The notes beneath the pieces were generated by a model. It was given only the letters and a program-made list of their open reading frames with translations. It was not told where the DNA came from and did not search any database. This document shows, piece by piece, positions 56,851-62,548 of a DNA stretch of 64,000 nt. Both the position numbers and the translations under genes were made by a program. Each line of letters begins with the position of its first letter. The stretch's first letter is position 1. Source of the DNA: Ranitomeya imitator (Eukaryota); contig NC_091288.1 in NCBI RefSeq assembly GCF_032444005.1, positions 44,826,001-44,890,000 of the forward strand. Direction: 5' to 3'.

Positions 56851-59368
56851 GAGTATATTAACAATAAAACTATAAAACATAAGCTAAGGCTTAAACTGCC
56901 TGTTTGCCTGATTACGGACAGATCTTTGTGTCTATGATTACCTTTACTCAGAGACTAGTGTAACATGCAACCAGAGATTGTAGAATTACAAAGATTTAAA
57001 TGAAGCCTTTTTTTTACATTTGTTTTTATCAAGTTCATTTTGAAACATAAAACAGCAAAAGAAAAGAACAAAGGAAAAAAAATAAAACACATGTAATTTA
57101 AAAAAAAAATCTCAGTTTATCTGTTTCATAAGTATTCGTTAAAAAACTAAATAAAGAGTTATATAATCCTCTCATCCAATCCAATAAGGCGATTTCAAAG
57201 ATTATTGCTTTCTTGAATAAAACTTTACACATGAGGATCGTGTTGGACGTAGGGCATCCTTCTCCTACTAATCAGCAGAATATTTCTCTAGACTGACAGT
57301 GCGGACCCCACCTCCACCCAAGGCTGTGGAGTGGAGGAGTCAGAGTCGCTGTCCATTTTGGTGGAGTCGGTATAAAATGGACCAATTCCAACTCCTAAAA
57401 TATATAATAAATTGGGTTCAGTAGTACAATGCAGGATGTGCTGTTAATGTTTTCAGATGAATTTGGGAAAGTTATGAAATGTCCTATAAATGTCTGTTCT
57501 GTTCCTGATCTAAAGGTACCGTCACACTCAGCGACGCTGCAGCGATACCGACAACGATGTCGATCGCTGCAGTGTCGCTGTTTGGTCGCTGGAGAGCTGT
57601 CACACAGACCGCTCTCCAGCGACCAACGATCCCGAGGTCCCCGGTAACCAGGGTAAACATCGGGTTACTAAGCGCAGGGCCGCGCTTAGTAACCCGATGT
57701 TTACCCTGGTTACCCTTGTAAATGTAAAAAAACAAACACTACATACTTACCTTCTGCTGTCTGTCCTCCGGCGCTCTGCTTTCCTCTGCACTGTCAGCGC
57801 CGGTCAGCCGGAAAGCAGAGCGGTGACGTCACCGCTCTGCTTTCCGACGTCACCGCTCTGCTTTCCGGCTGGCCGGCGCTGACACAGGATGCAGGAGGAG
57901 TGCAGAGAAGCAGAGCGCCGGGGACAGACAGCGGTAGGTAAGTATGTAGTGTTTGTTTTTTAAACGTTTACGCTGGTAAGCAGGGTAAACATCGGGTTAC
58001 TATGCGCGGCCCTGCGCTTAGTAACCCGATATTTACCCTGGTTACCAGTGAAGACATCGCTGAATCGGCGTCACACACGCCGATCCAGTGATGTCAGCGG
58101 GAGATCCAGCGACGAAATAAAGTTCTGGACTTTCCTCAGCGACCAACGATCTCCCAGCAGGGGCCTGATCGTTGGTCGCTGTCACACATAACGATTTCCT
58201 TAACGATATCGTTGCTACGTCACAAAAAGCAACGATATCGTTAACGATATCGTTATGTATGAAGGTACCTTTAGGATCTCGGCTTTTAGTTGAGATGAAT
58301 CTGTGCTGCACTTTATGTACAGTACAGACCAAAAGTTTGGACACACCTTCTCATTTAAAGATTTTTCTGTATTTTCATGACTATGAAAATTGTACATTCA
58401 CACTGAAGGCATCAAAACTATGAATTAACACATGTGGAATTATATACTTAACAAAAAAAGTGGGAAACAACTGAAATGATGTCTTATATATACTGCCTAT
58501 AGTGAGGCAGTGCTGTGGAGTTGGAGTCGTGGAGTCAGAGTCGTGGAGTTTGAGTTGGAAGTCAGGGAAATTGAGGAGTCAGAGGTTTGGATTAATGACT
58601 CCATAGCCCTTCCTCATCCATTTGTCCTCTACATCAGGGGTCCCCAACTCCAGTCCTCAAGGCCCACCAACATGTCATGTTTTCAGGATTTCCTTAGTCT
58701 TGCCCAGGTAATAATTGCATCACCTGTGCAATGCAAAGGAAATCCTGAAAACATGACATGTTGGTGGGCCTTGAGGACTGGAGTTGGGGACCCCTGCTCT
58801 ACATGGCCATTATTGTCACAGGGGGCATCCCTTGCTACCACTCTTTCCTGATACCACACTATAGAACAAAAACATTTTTTAATATCAGTTTGCACATTGT
58901 TTGGCAATATGGTGTTGAAAGATTCCCAGGTTTTAAAAAAGTCTCTAACTCTCTGCTCCTTGGGTATTGAGGCTTCGACCTAATCCATTTTTAATAGTTA
59001 TGACGTTTTTTCCAGAAATAATTTAAAAGGCGGTAGTTGTTCCAGTAACCAAGTATGTAAAAGGCAATTTACTCCTGCAGTCACCACAAAATGGAACAGT
59101 TTGCCCTCTTCGTGCAGTGGCATGTTTTTGGGTCTAGCTAACCAAAGATGGCCCATAGAGGTTCTTGCGGTGCAAAATTAGTTAAGCGTGTCATTATAAA
59201 TAATTGAGTGTGAAGAATTTTTCTACATACTTCTTCCGTTCGGCTCAGATATATTTTCTTGCAATCATAAATTTCTTTTTCAAACATTGCAAGCAGTTTT
59301 CCATAACTTGGGCAAAAGAGAGAATTTATCACTGGACGCTCTAGTAAAGCTCCGAATATCTGCAAAAC
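3294..59368 (-). CDS. DNAH11: Axonemal dynein heavy chain, outer-arm beta type (DNAH11-like); 16 internal exons, partial at both ends
   Basis: 16 GT-AG exons splice into 927 stop-free codons with motifs [61 protein letters not shown] and PLLKSDE typical of DNAH9/11/17. The last exons best match recalled DNAH11. Family is near certain; orthology is less so. Confidence 0.7.
4145..4361 (-). mobile_element. CR1 LINE 3' fragment
   Basis: catagaatcctagaa tail followed by gagttggaagggacc...gtccaaccccctgctc, the reverse complement of a typical CR1 3' end. Confidence 0.75.
4597..4719 (-). CDS. DNAH11: Window exon 15 (VRFIMNE...AIEK), 123 nt
   Basis: Absent from ORF track. ttcaag|GTG acceptor, AAG|gtgagt donor. 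Confidence 0.93.
4807..4965 (-). CDS. DNAH11: Window exon 14 (EMKTLDKE...MSKTG), 159 nt
   Basis: ttttag|GAA acceptor, GGG|gtttgt donor; LRAV.ELQNPA.R.RHW motif. Confidence 0.93.
5258..5335 (-). mobile_element. L2-type 3' tail (SINE or LINE fragment)
   Basis: Reverse complement reads tgtaaagcgctgtggaatatgatggcgctg plus A-rich tail, like the L2 tail at 16440-16487. Confidence 0.6.
5403..6443. mobile_element. Palindromic MITE, AAGGTACC-ended family, composite copy with ~210-bp terminal inverted arms
   Basis: AAGGTACCTTCACAC...GTGTGAAGGTACCTT ends; three ~72-bp hairpins; perfect 40-bp central palindrome near 5780-5820. Confidence 0.88.
8069..8454. mobile_element. Short AAGGTACC-family MITE
   Basis: TA|AAGGTACC...GGTACCTT|TA; arms shared with 5403 and 57513 copies. 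Confidence 0.88.
8655..9534 (+). mobile_element. 5'-truncated CR1 LINE with (CTATGTTA)n tail
   Basis: ORF 8662..9420 encodes CR1 ORF2 C-terminus ([36 protein letters not shown]); octamer tail 9508-9534. Confidence 0.93.
8662..9420 (+). pseudogene. CR1 ORF2 C-terminal fragment, 252 uninterrupted codons
   Basis: ORF track; lacks endonuclease and RT core, so non-autonomous. Confidence 0.88.
10242..11932. mobile_element. Decayed PIF/Harbinger-like MITE hosting a solo LTR near its right end
   Basis: TTA|GGGCTCGTGCACA left end. Right end gtgtgcacatagg is restored when the LTR is removed. Internal ctctgatcaaa motifs also occur at 23530-23920. Confidence 0.4.
10589..11920. mobile_element. Solo LTR, 1332 bp
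   Basis: TGTCA...TGACA ends; perfect 5-bp TSD TGCAC (10584-88 / 11921-25); no coding sequence. Confidence 0.85.
12010..12738 (-). mobile_element. 3' half of a decayed Tc1 (catalytic region plus TIR)
   Basis: TA|CAGTG TIR; minus strand encodes [12 protein letters not shown]...QMDNDPKH...WPSQSPDLN remnants. Confidence 0.85.
12803..13103. mobile_element. hAT-like MITE, relative of the TAGTGATGAGC family
   Basis: TAG...CTA ends; TSD gtaattac/gtgattaa (6/8). Confidence 0.65.
13324..13510. mobile_element. hAT-like MITE (CAGGGGT...AACTCCAGTCCTC TIR)
   Basis: Whole-length inverted symmetry; TSD ctttaaag/cattaaag (7/8). Confidence 0.85.
14868..15899 (+). mobile_element. 5' half of the same decayed Tc1 (TIR plus N-terminal transposase)
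   Basis: TIR homologous to 12010 but in direct orientation; [13 protein letters not shown]...[11 protein letters not shown] remnants; ends at ...DAN. Confidence 0.85.
15900..16487 (+). mobile_element. 5'-truncated L2 LINE
   Basis: ORF 15892..16266 has LHWLPV..R...K, WN.LP..IR, FKK.LKTHLF motifs; tail tgtaaagcgccatggaataaatggcgctat(aat)n. Confidence 0.9.
16711..16794 (-). CDS. DNAH11: Window exon 13 (TSIKDW...RRFAK), 84 nt
   Basis: Absent from ORF track. cattag|ACA acceptor, AAG|gtaaag donor; [15 protein letters not shown] motif. Confidence 0.94.
17335..17612. mobile_element. hAT-like MITE (TAGTGATGAGCGAG TIR)
   Basis: Perfect 8-bp TSD GCAACCAT; long inverted ends. Confidence 0.92.
17873..19502 (-). 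mobile_element. Full-length Tc1-superfamily DD38E (Intruder/IT-type) transposon, 1630 bp
   Basis: TA flanks; ~268-bp TIRs (17873-18140 / 19235-19502); 38 residues between second D and E. Confidence 0.92.
18036..19088 (-). CDS. DD38E transposase, 350 aa, uninterrupted
   Basis: Paired-like [29 protein letters not shown] motifs. Confidence 0.9.
   Translation of the reverse strand: MARKKQLSKEKQVAIITLRNEGQSVRKIVQILKVSPSAVAKTIKRYKETCSPNDRPRKGRPRVISASEDKFIRVTSLRNCKLTAAQIRDQVNAAHSSSSRHISTTTVKRRLCTAGLHGKIAARKPLLRTGNKQKRLVWAKEHKEWTIDQWKSVLWSDESKFEIFGSNHRVFVRRRKGERMDSTCLVPTVKHGGGGVMVWGCFACDTVGDLFKIEGILNQHGYHSILQQQAILSGLRLVGRSFIFQQDNDPKHTSRLCKGYLTKKESDGVLRQMTWPPQSPDLNPIEMVWGELDRRVKAKGPTSAKHLWELLQDCCKTIPGDYLSKLIKRMPRVCKAVIKVKGGYFEEPRI
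20927..21085 (-). CDS. DNAH11: Window exon 12 (THRNISRLE...VIFVR), 159 nt
   Basis: Absent from ORF track. ctgtag|ACC acceptor, CGG|gtaagg donor; LFEV.IPEYKQL.QCR motif. Confidence 0.93.
21605..21666 (+). mobile_element. L2 3' tail fragment
   Basis: Near-identical to the 16437-16487 tail, with (AAT)n. Confidence 0.75.
22684..22770 (-). CDS. DNAH11: Window exon 11 (VKQHEFR...KHLDK), 87 nt
   Basis: Absent from ORF track. acccag|GTT acceptor, AAG|gtatta donor. Confidence 0.92.
23285..23401 (-). CDS. DNAH11: Window exon 10 (ELPEKW...CVLFE), 117 nt
   Basis: tcttag|GAA acceptor, GAG|gtgaga donor. Confidence 0.93.
24915..25078. mobile_element. Short hAT-like MITE
   Basis: CAGTGGCGGA...TGCCCCTG ends; TSD acagtagt/acagtaat (7/8). 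Confidence 0.7.
25220..25594. mobile_element. TTAA-site MITE with AGGG ends (T2/Kolobok-like)
   Basis: TTAA|AGGGAACCTGTCATG...CATGACAGGTGCCCT|TTAA. Confidence 0.85.
27463..27521. repeat. (AT)n microsatellite
   Basis: Directly visible. Confidence 0.98.
27690..28218. mobile_element. T2/Kolobok-like MITE
   Basis: TTAA|AGGGAATCTGTC...GACAGATTCCCT|TTAA. Confidence 0.85.
28334..28655. mobile_element. Whole-length palindromic T2/Kolobok-like MITE
   Basis: TTAA flanks; ORFs 28318(+) and 28370(-) give near-identical peptides because of the palindrome. Confidence 0.9.
28726..28945 (-). CDS. DNAH11: Window exon 9 (T+VNELDEFI...YAQLE), 220 nt, phase 2/0
   Basis: actcag|T acceptor completes codon AGT; GAA|gtaagt donor. 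Confidence 0.92.
29746..30693 (-). mobile_element. Non-coding Penelope-like insertion with a degenerate hammerhead and ~30-bp inverted ends
   Basis: Minus strand CTGATGA-A-GAAG..CTTT-GAAC-CGCCTTG; inverted match 29749-29775 vs 30651-30674; ACCGG at both flanks. Confidence 0.5.
31300..31573. mobile_element. Palindromic PIF/Harbinger-like MITE
   Basis: GGCTACGTTC...GAACGTAGCC ends; flanks TTG / TTA. Confidence 0.75.
32601..32770 (-). CDS. DNAH11: Window exon 8 (INIYESLY...DVTC+AG), 170 nt, phase 0/2
   Basis: cctcag|ATC acceptor, AG|gtaact donor; [11 protein letters not shown] motif. Confidence 0.93.
33049..34694 (-). mobile_element. Full-length Tc1 DD34E, 1646 bp, ~215-bp TIRs; transposase broken by two nonsense codons
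   Basis: TA|CAGTT...AACTG|TA. ORFs 33867..34346 and 33327..33830 are in one frame, with TGA at 33867-69 and 33327-29. Confidence 0.92.
35709..36093 (+). mobile_element. Non-autonomous Helitron with internal tandem repeats
   Basis: A|TC start; CCCGAT-8nt-ATCGGG hairpin at 36063-82; CTAG|T end; no TSD. Confidence 0.85.
36142..36948. mobile_element. Solo LTR, 807 bp
   Basis: TGTTG...TAACA ends; TSD attgg/gttgg; same family as 60098-60867 in opposite orientation. Confidence 0.85.
37230..37810. repeat. Purine-rich ~20-bp minisatellite (ggagaacatatgggggcaggat)
   Basis: Directly visible; source of several low-complexity ORFs. Confidence 0.92.
39624..39878 (-). CDS. DNAH11: Window exon 7 (LDVDEMEEL...HFKKQ), 255 nt
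   Basis: atgtag|CTC acceptor, CAG|gtaaag donor; YLW.DD..EFM motif. Confidence 0.92.
40339..41496. mobile_element. Non-autonomous piggyBac-like element
   Basis: TTAA|CCCCTT...AAGGGG|TCAA; no coding capacity. Confidence 0.6.
41596..43221 (+). mobile_element. Second full-length DD38E transposon, 1626 bp, frameshifted
   Basis: TA|CAGTACAGACC...GGTCTGTACTG|TA. ORFs 42010..42660 and 42597..43061 are split by a 1-bp loss near 42565 relative to the 17873 copy. Confidence 0.93.
44165..45816 (+). mobile_element. Full-length Tc1 DD34E, 1652 bp, 33-bp TIRs
   Basis: TA flanks; TIRs differ at one base. Confidence 0.94.
44524..45561 (+). CDS. Tc1 DD34E transposase, 345 aa, uninterrupted
   Basis: TDETK, MDNDPKH and SPDLNPIE with 34-residue spacing. 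Confidence 0.92.
   Translation: MRSKELSIEVKQNILRLKKKKKSIREIADMLGVAKSTVGYILRKKEWTGKLGNSKRPGHPRMTTVVDDRRILNLVKKNPFTTSTEVQNTLSEVGVSVSKSTVKRRLHDSKYKGFTSRCKPFINTKNRQARVKFAEKHLKKPAQFWKSILSTDETKINLYQNDGKKKVWRRKGTAHDPRHTTSSVKHGGGNVMAWACMAFNGTGSLVFIDDIRADKSSRMNSEVYRDILSAQIQPNAAKLIGRRFIVQMDNDPKHTAKATQEFMSAKKWHILQWPSQSPDLNPIEHAFHLLKSRLKTERPTNKQDLKAAAVKAWQSIKKEETQRLVMSMGSRHKAVIASKGFATKY
45990..47220 (-). mobile_element. Heavily decayed Tc1 remnant
   Basis: NPIENLWS remnant in ORF 46104..46301; boundaries approximate. Confidence 0.6.
47565..47897 (-). CDS. DNAH11: Window exon 6 (SNQQLF...KTTYQ), 333 nt
   Basis: ttgcag|AGC acceptor, CAG|gtattt donor; inside ORF 47547..47930. Confidence 0.92.
48520..48869. 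mobile_element. T2/Kolobok-like MITE
   Basis: TTAA|AGGGGTTGTCCATTTT...AAAATGGACAACACCT|TTAA. Confidence 0.8.
49130..49240 (-). mobile_element. SINE central-domain fragment (V-SINE-like)
   Basis: gtgtgggaggaaac...gcaaacactgggagaacatacaa resembles the recalled V-SINE core. Confidence 0.5.
49495..50233 (+). mobile_element. 3' half of a decayed Tc1
   Basis: [15 protein letters not shown] and [15 protein letters not shown] remnants; CACTG|TA end. Confidence 0.85.
50833..51225 (-). CDS. DNAH11: Window exon 5 (HTRNLDL...IQGLLM), 393 nt
   Basis: caacag|CAC acceptor, ATG|gtatga donor; inside ORF 50827..51246. Confidence 0.9.
52799..52903 (-). CDS. DNAH11: Window exon 4 ([11 protein letters not shown]...KELQK), 105 nt
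   Basis: Absent from ORF track. gtttag|CTC acceptor, AAG|gtacc donor; LREVKYL motif. Confidence 0.93.
53348..53540 (-). CDS. DNAH11: Window exon 3 (G+ALQNDEA...NFNPT), 193 nt, phase 2/0
   Basis: atacag|G acceptor completes codon GAG; ACG|gtatct donor; open frame. Only partly caught by the ORF track. Confidence 0.88.
53698..54040. mobile_element. Tc1-like TIR/subterminal fragment
   Basis: TA|CAGTTGGGCTAAAAATTTTACATACC; no partner end found. Confidence 0.55.
54559..54869. mobile_element. hAT-like MITE (TAGTGATGAGCGAG TIR)
   Basis: Perfect 8-bp TSD AATAGGAC; same family as 17335. Confidence 0.93.
55197..55318 (-). CDS. DNAH11: Window exon 2 ([12 protein letters not shown]...HINH+GA), 122 nt, phase 0/2
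   Basis: ctttcag|AGA acceptor, GA|gtaagg donor; HKNMP motif. Confidence 0.92.
56793..56847. repeat. (AT)n microsatellite
   Basis: Directly visible. Confidence 0.98.
57513..58271. mobile_element. AAGGTACC-family palindromic MITE, 759 bp
   Basis: TA flanks; two ~72-bp hairpins; duplicated central GTCACCGCTCTGCTTTCCG. Confidence 0.9.
58320..58488. mobile_element. Solo DD38E TIR fragment
   Basis: TA|CAGTACAGACCAAAAG followed by ~170 bp matching the 41596 end. Confidence 0.9.
58635..58796. mobile_element. hAT-like MITE, 13324 family
   Basis: Perfect 8-bp TSD CTCTACAT. Confidence 0.92.
59231..59368 (-). CDS. DNAH11: Dynein heavy chain window exon 1 ([12 protein letters not shown]...SRTEE), 138 nt, phase 0/0
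   Basis: tttcag|GTT acceptor, GAA|gtatgt donor; inside ORF 59138..59377. Confidence 0.9.
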
Positions 59369-60012
59369 CTGAAACATAGGAAGATTTGAGGTGTATTTTT
59401 ACAAATATTGCATTTACATATGGCACATAAATCATGTTTTACTACCATTTCCTGCAGTCATACAGCACTTTGAAAAGTATTCATACCCCATACATTGCTT
59501 CATGTTACACCCACAATTTGAAATGTTTTTATTGGTATTTTATGTGATATACCAACACAAAGTAGCACGTGTTTGTAAAGTGTAAAGGAAAGGATACATA
59601 GTTTTTAAAATATTTTAGAAATATCAATCTAAAAATTGTGACGTGCATTTGTATTCAATCCCCAGTAGGCTGATACCCCTAAATAAAATCCTGGGAGTGA
59701 CTAATTGCCTCCAGAAGTCACATAATTAGTCAATTGAGTCCACCTGTGTGTAATCTATTTAATTATTTAATTTATTCTGAATATAACTACAGCTGTTCAG
59801 TGAAGACCTCAGAGGTTTGTTTGGGAACATTAGGGATCAAACAGCATCATGAAAATCAAGGAACACGCCAGACACGTCAGGGATAAAGTTGGGGATACAA
59901 GGGAAACAGGGTTAGATAATGAAAAAATAGCCCAAATCTCTGAATATCTCTTGTAGTACTATTCAATCAATCATCTAAAATAGCAGGAGTATGGCACAAC
60001 TGCAAATATACC

Positions 60013-61325
60013 TGTAATAAAACCTCCACCAGGGGGAGCTGGTGAGGGAAGAGAGGTTAAACACTAAGCGAAGTAACACAGAGCTCAGGCACAGGTATGT
60101 TATGATCAGGTGGCCTTGGAGCAGCATGAAAACCTTCACTGGAGTAGGTGGTAACTTACACTGACCGCAAACCCTGATCTTATCACCGCAACTAGAAGTA
60201 GCAGTGGGGTGTGCCTAACAAAACCTAGACACCTCGACACAGCAGGAGGACTAAATACCCCTAAAGATGGAAATAGGAAAACTATCTTGCCTCAGAGTAG
60301 ACCCCCAAAGGATAGGCAGCCCCCACAAATAATGACTGTGAGTTGGAGAGAAAAAGACACACGCAGGCAGAAAACAGGCTTAGCAAAGGAGGCCACTTCT
60401 AGCTAAATAGAAAAGGACAGGACAGGATACTAAGCGGTCAGCATAAAAATACTACAAAAATATCCACAGCAGAAAATACAAAACTCCACCACCTAACTAA
60501 AGATGTGGAGAGTATAACTGCAACTCCAGAGAATCCAACCAGACTGAGAAAAACAACTGACACAGTCTAAGCTGGACAAATAGAAACAAAAGATCAGCAC
60601 TGACAATAAGCACACAGTAAGTGTGCTTCAGAAAAAGAAACAGACACTTATCTTTGCTGAACTGGCAGCTAAGCAGGTGAGGCCAGGCAGAGATCCAATA
60701 CTTCCAACGAAACATTGACAACTGGCAAGGGCTAATGAATCCTGCACACTTAAATATCCCAGTCAGAACAGCAATTAGCAGATACACCTGGCCAGGACTG
60801 TGACTCAGAGACAACTGCATTCCCACCTACAACCACTGGAGGGAACCCAAGAGCAGAATTCACAACACTGGTAATAAGAGAAGTCAGACAAGCAAAGGTC
60901 ATACACAGAGATGTCAGCACTGTACACAGGGTCAGTCAGGAGAATAGTCAGGGACACGCAAGGAATCAGAGCCTACCGGGAACGTGGTAACCAAAACGTG
61001 AGACGTAAGACAAAGTCGGGGAACAAGCCAAAGTCAGAACCAGGAGGGGAGCGTGGTATCAGAGACCGAAAACAAGAGCCGAAGTCCAGGGATCAGATCG
61101 AGTCATACACGGGTACGGGCAATCAGAGACACAAGGATCACCAAAATCAGGATACAGGTCAGGGACTCAAGCTGGGAAGCATGAACTATCACTAACAGCG
61201 GTAGGCAGGCTGTGAGGGACTGAAATAGCCCAGCTAGCTCAAGAACGAGGCTGAGGACATTAACCCCCGCATGACCAGTCTCAAAAGGGGAAAGATGAAA
61301 ATAAACTCCGGACTGGACCATGACA
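60013..61325. mobile_element. Outer solo LTR (~540 bp plus nested LTR)
   Basis: TGTAA...TGACA ends; TSD atacc/gtacc; removal restores Tc1 continuity. Confidence 0.75.
60098..60867. mobile_element. Inner solo LTR, 770 bp
   Basis: TGTTATGA...CACAACA, a reverse-complement relative of 36142-36948; flanks caggta/ctggta. Confidence 0.85.
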
Positions 61326-62205
61326 GTACCAATACATGGCCATCCACCTAAATTGACACCCCAAGCAAGGAGAGCACAAATTGGAGAAGCAGTCAAGTCA
61401 TAGTCACCTGGAGGACCTGCAGAGACCTAAAACTTGGGTGGAAGAATCTGTCTACAGAACAACTATTAGTGGTATACTCCACAAATCTGGCCTTTATGGA
61501 AGAGTGGCAAGAAGAAAGCAATTTTTTTAAAGTCTTATTTGCAGTTTACAAAAAGCCCTGTAGGGAACACAGGTAGCATGTGGAAGAAGCTACTCCAGCT
61601 GGATGAAACCAAAGTAAAACTTTTTGGACTAAAGGTAAACACTATGTGTGGCAAAAAACTAACACTACACATCACCCTAAAAATCACCATCTCCACCGTC
61701 AAACATGGTGGTGGCAGCATCATGCTGTGGGGAGGCTTTTCTTCAGCAGGAACAGGGAAGCTGGTCAGAGTTAATGGGAAGATGGATGGAGCTAATTACA
61801 GAACAATCCTGGAGGTAAACCTGTTAGAGGTGGCAAAAGACTTGAGACCGGGGTGTAGGTTCACCTCCCAGCAGGATGACGACTCTAAACATACTTCCAG
61901 AGCAACAAAGGCATGGTTTAGATCAAAGCATATTCATGTATGTGAATGGCCCAGTCACAGTCCAGACCGAATTCCTATTGAAAATTTATGGCCAGACTTG
62001 AAAATTGCTGTATACAGACACCTCCATCCCATCTCCCTGAGCTAGAGCTAGTTTGCAAAGATGAATGGGCAAAATGTCAGGTTCTAGATGCAGAAAAGAT
62101 AAATATCTTTGTACCATGTTAGCCAGTAGATAGAAAAATATTTAGAATTGAGAGTCCTCAGTGGTTGATACCTTTTAATGCATAACTGAAATGAAGGTAA
62201 CAAAT

Positions 62206-62244
62206 TGCAAGCTTTCGAGACTACTCAGGTCTCTTCATCAGGCA
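62206..62244 (-). ncRNA. Minimal type I hammerhead ribozyme motif, sense to the dynein pre-mRNA
   Basis: UGC-CUGAUGA-A-GAGAC-loop-GUCUC-GAAA-GCUU-GCA: complete core, 5-bp helix II, palindromic AGCU helix III, 3-bp helix I. Activity untested. Confidence 0.75.
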
Positions 62245-62509
62245 TTGACTAATACAAAATCTGAAGAATCACATATTTATACACAACACAACAGAAAGAT
62301 AATGCAATGGATAATAAGAAAAAAAATTGTGCACGTTTCTTCAGAAGTGGTTTTAGTTCCATAAAGATGCCGTATATTCTGGTATCCTCCATTTTGATAC
62401 AGAAAAGATACATATTTTTGTACTGTGTTAGCCAGTAGATTATCCATTGCATTATCTTTCTGCTGTGTTGTGCATAAATTTGTGATTCTTCAGAAGTTGT
62501 ATTAGTCTA

Positions 62510-62548
62510 TGTCTGATGAAGAGACCTGAGTAGTCTCGAAAGCTTGCA
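62510..62548 (+). ncRNA. Minimal type I hammerhead ribozyme motif, antisense to the gene
   Basis: Identical core; helix I UGU/GCA with one G-U pair. Confidence 0.72.

Larger units (their letters stand above)
57319..58611. mobile_element. hAT-like MITE with (GGAGTC)-type repeats hosting two insertions
   Basis: CAAGGCTGTGGAGT...ACTCCATAGCCCTT ends; TSD cctccacc/cctcatcc (6/8). Confidence 0.65.
59463..62090 (+). mobile_element. Decayed Tc1 DD34E split by nested LTRs and cut at its 3' end
   Basis: TA|CAG TIR; MKIKEH start near 59849; resumes at 61331; ORF 61539..62045 has a DD34E-spaced remnant. Confidence 0.8.
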
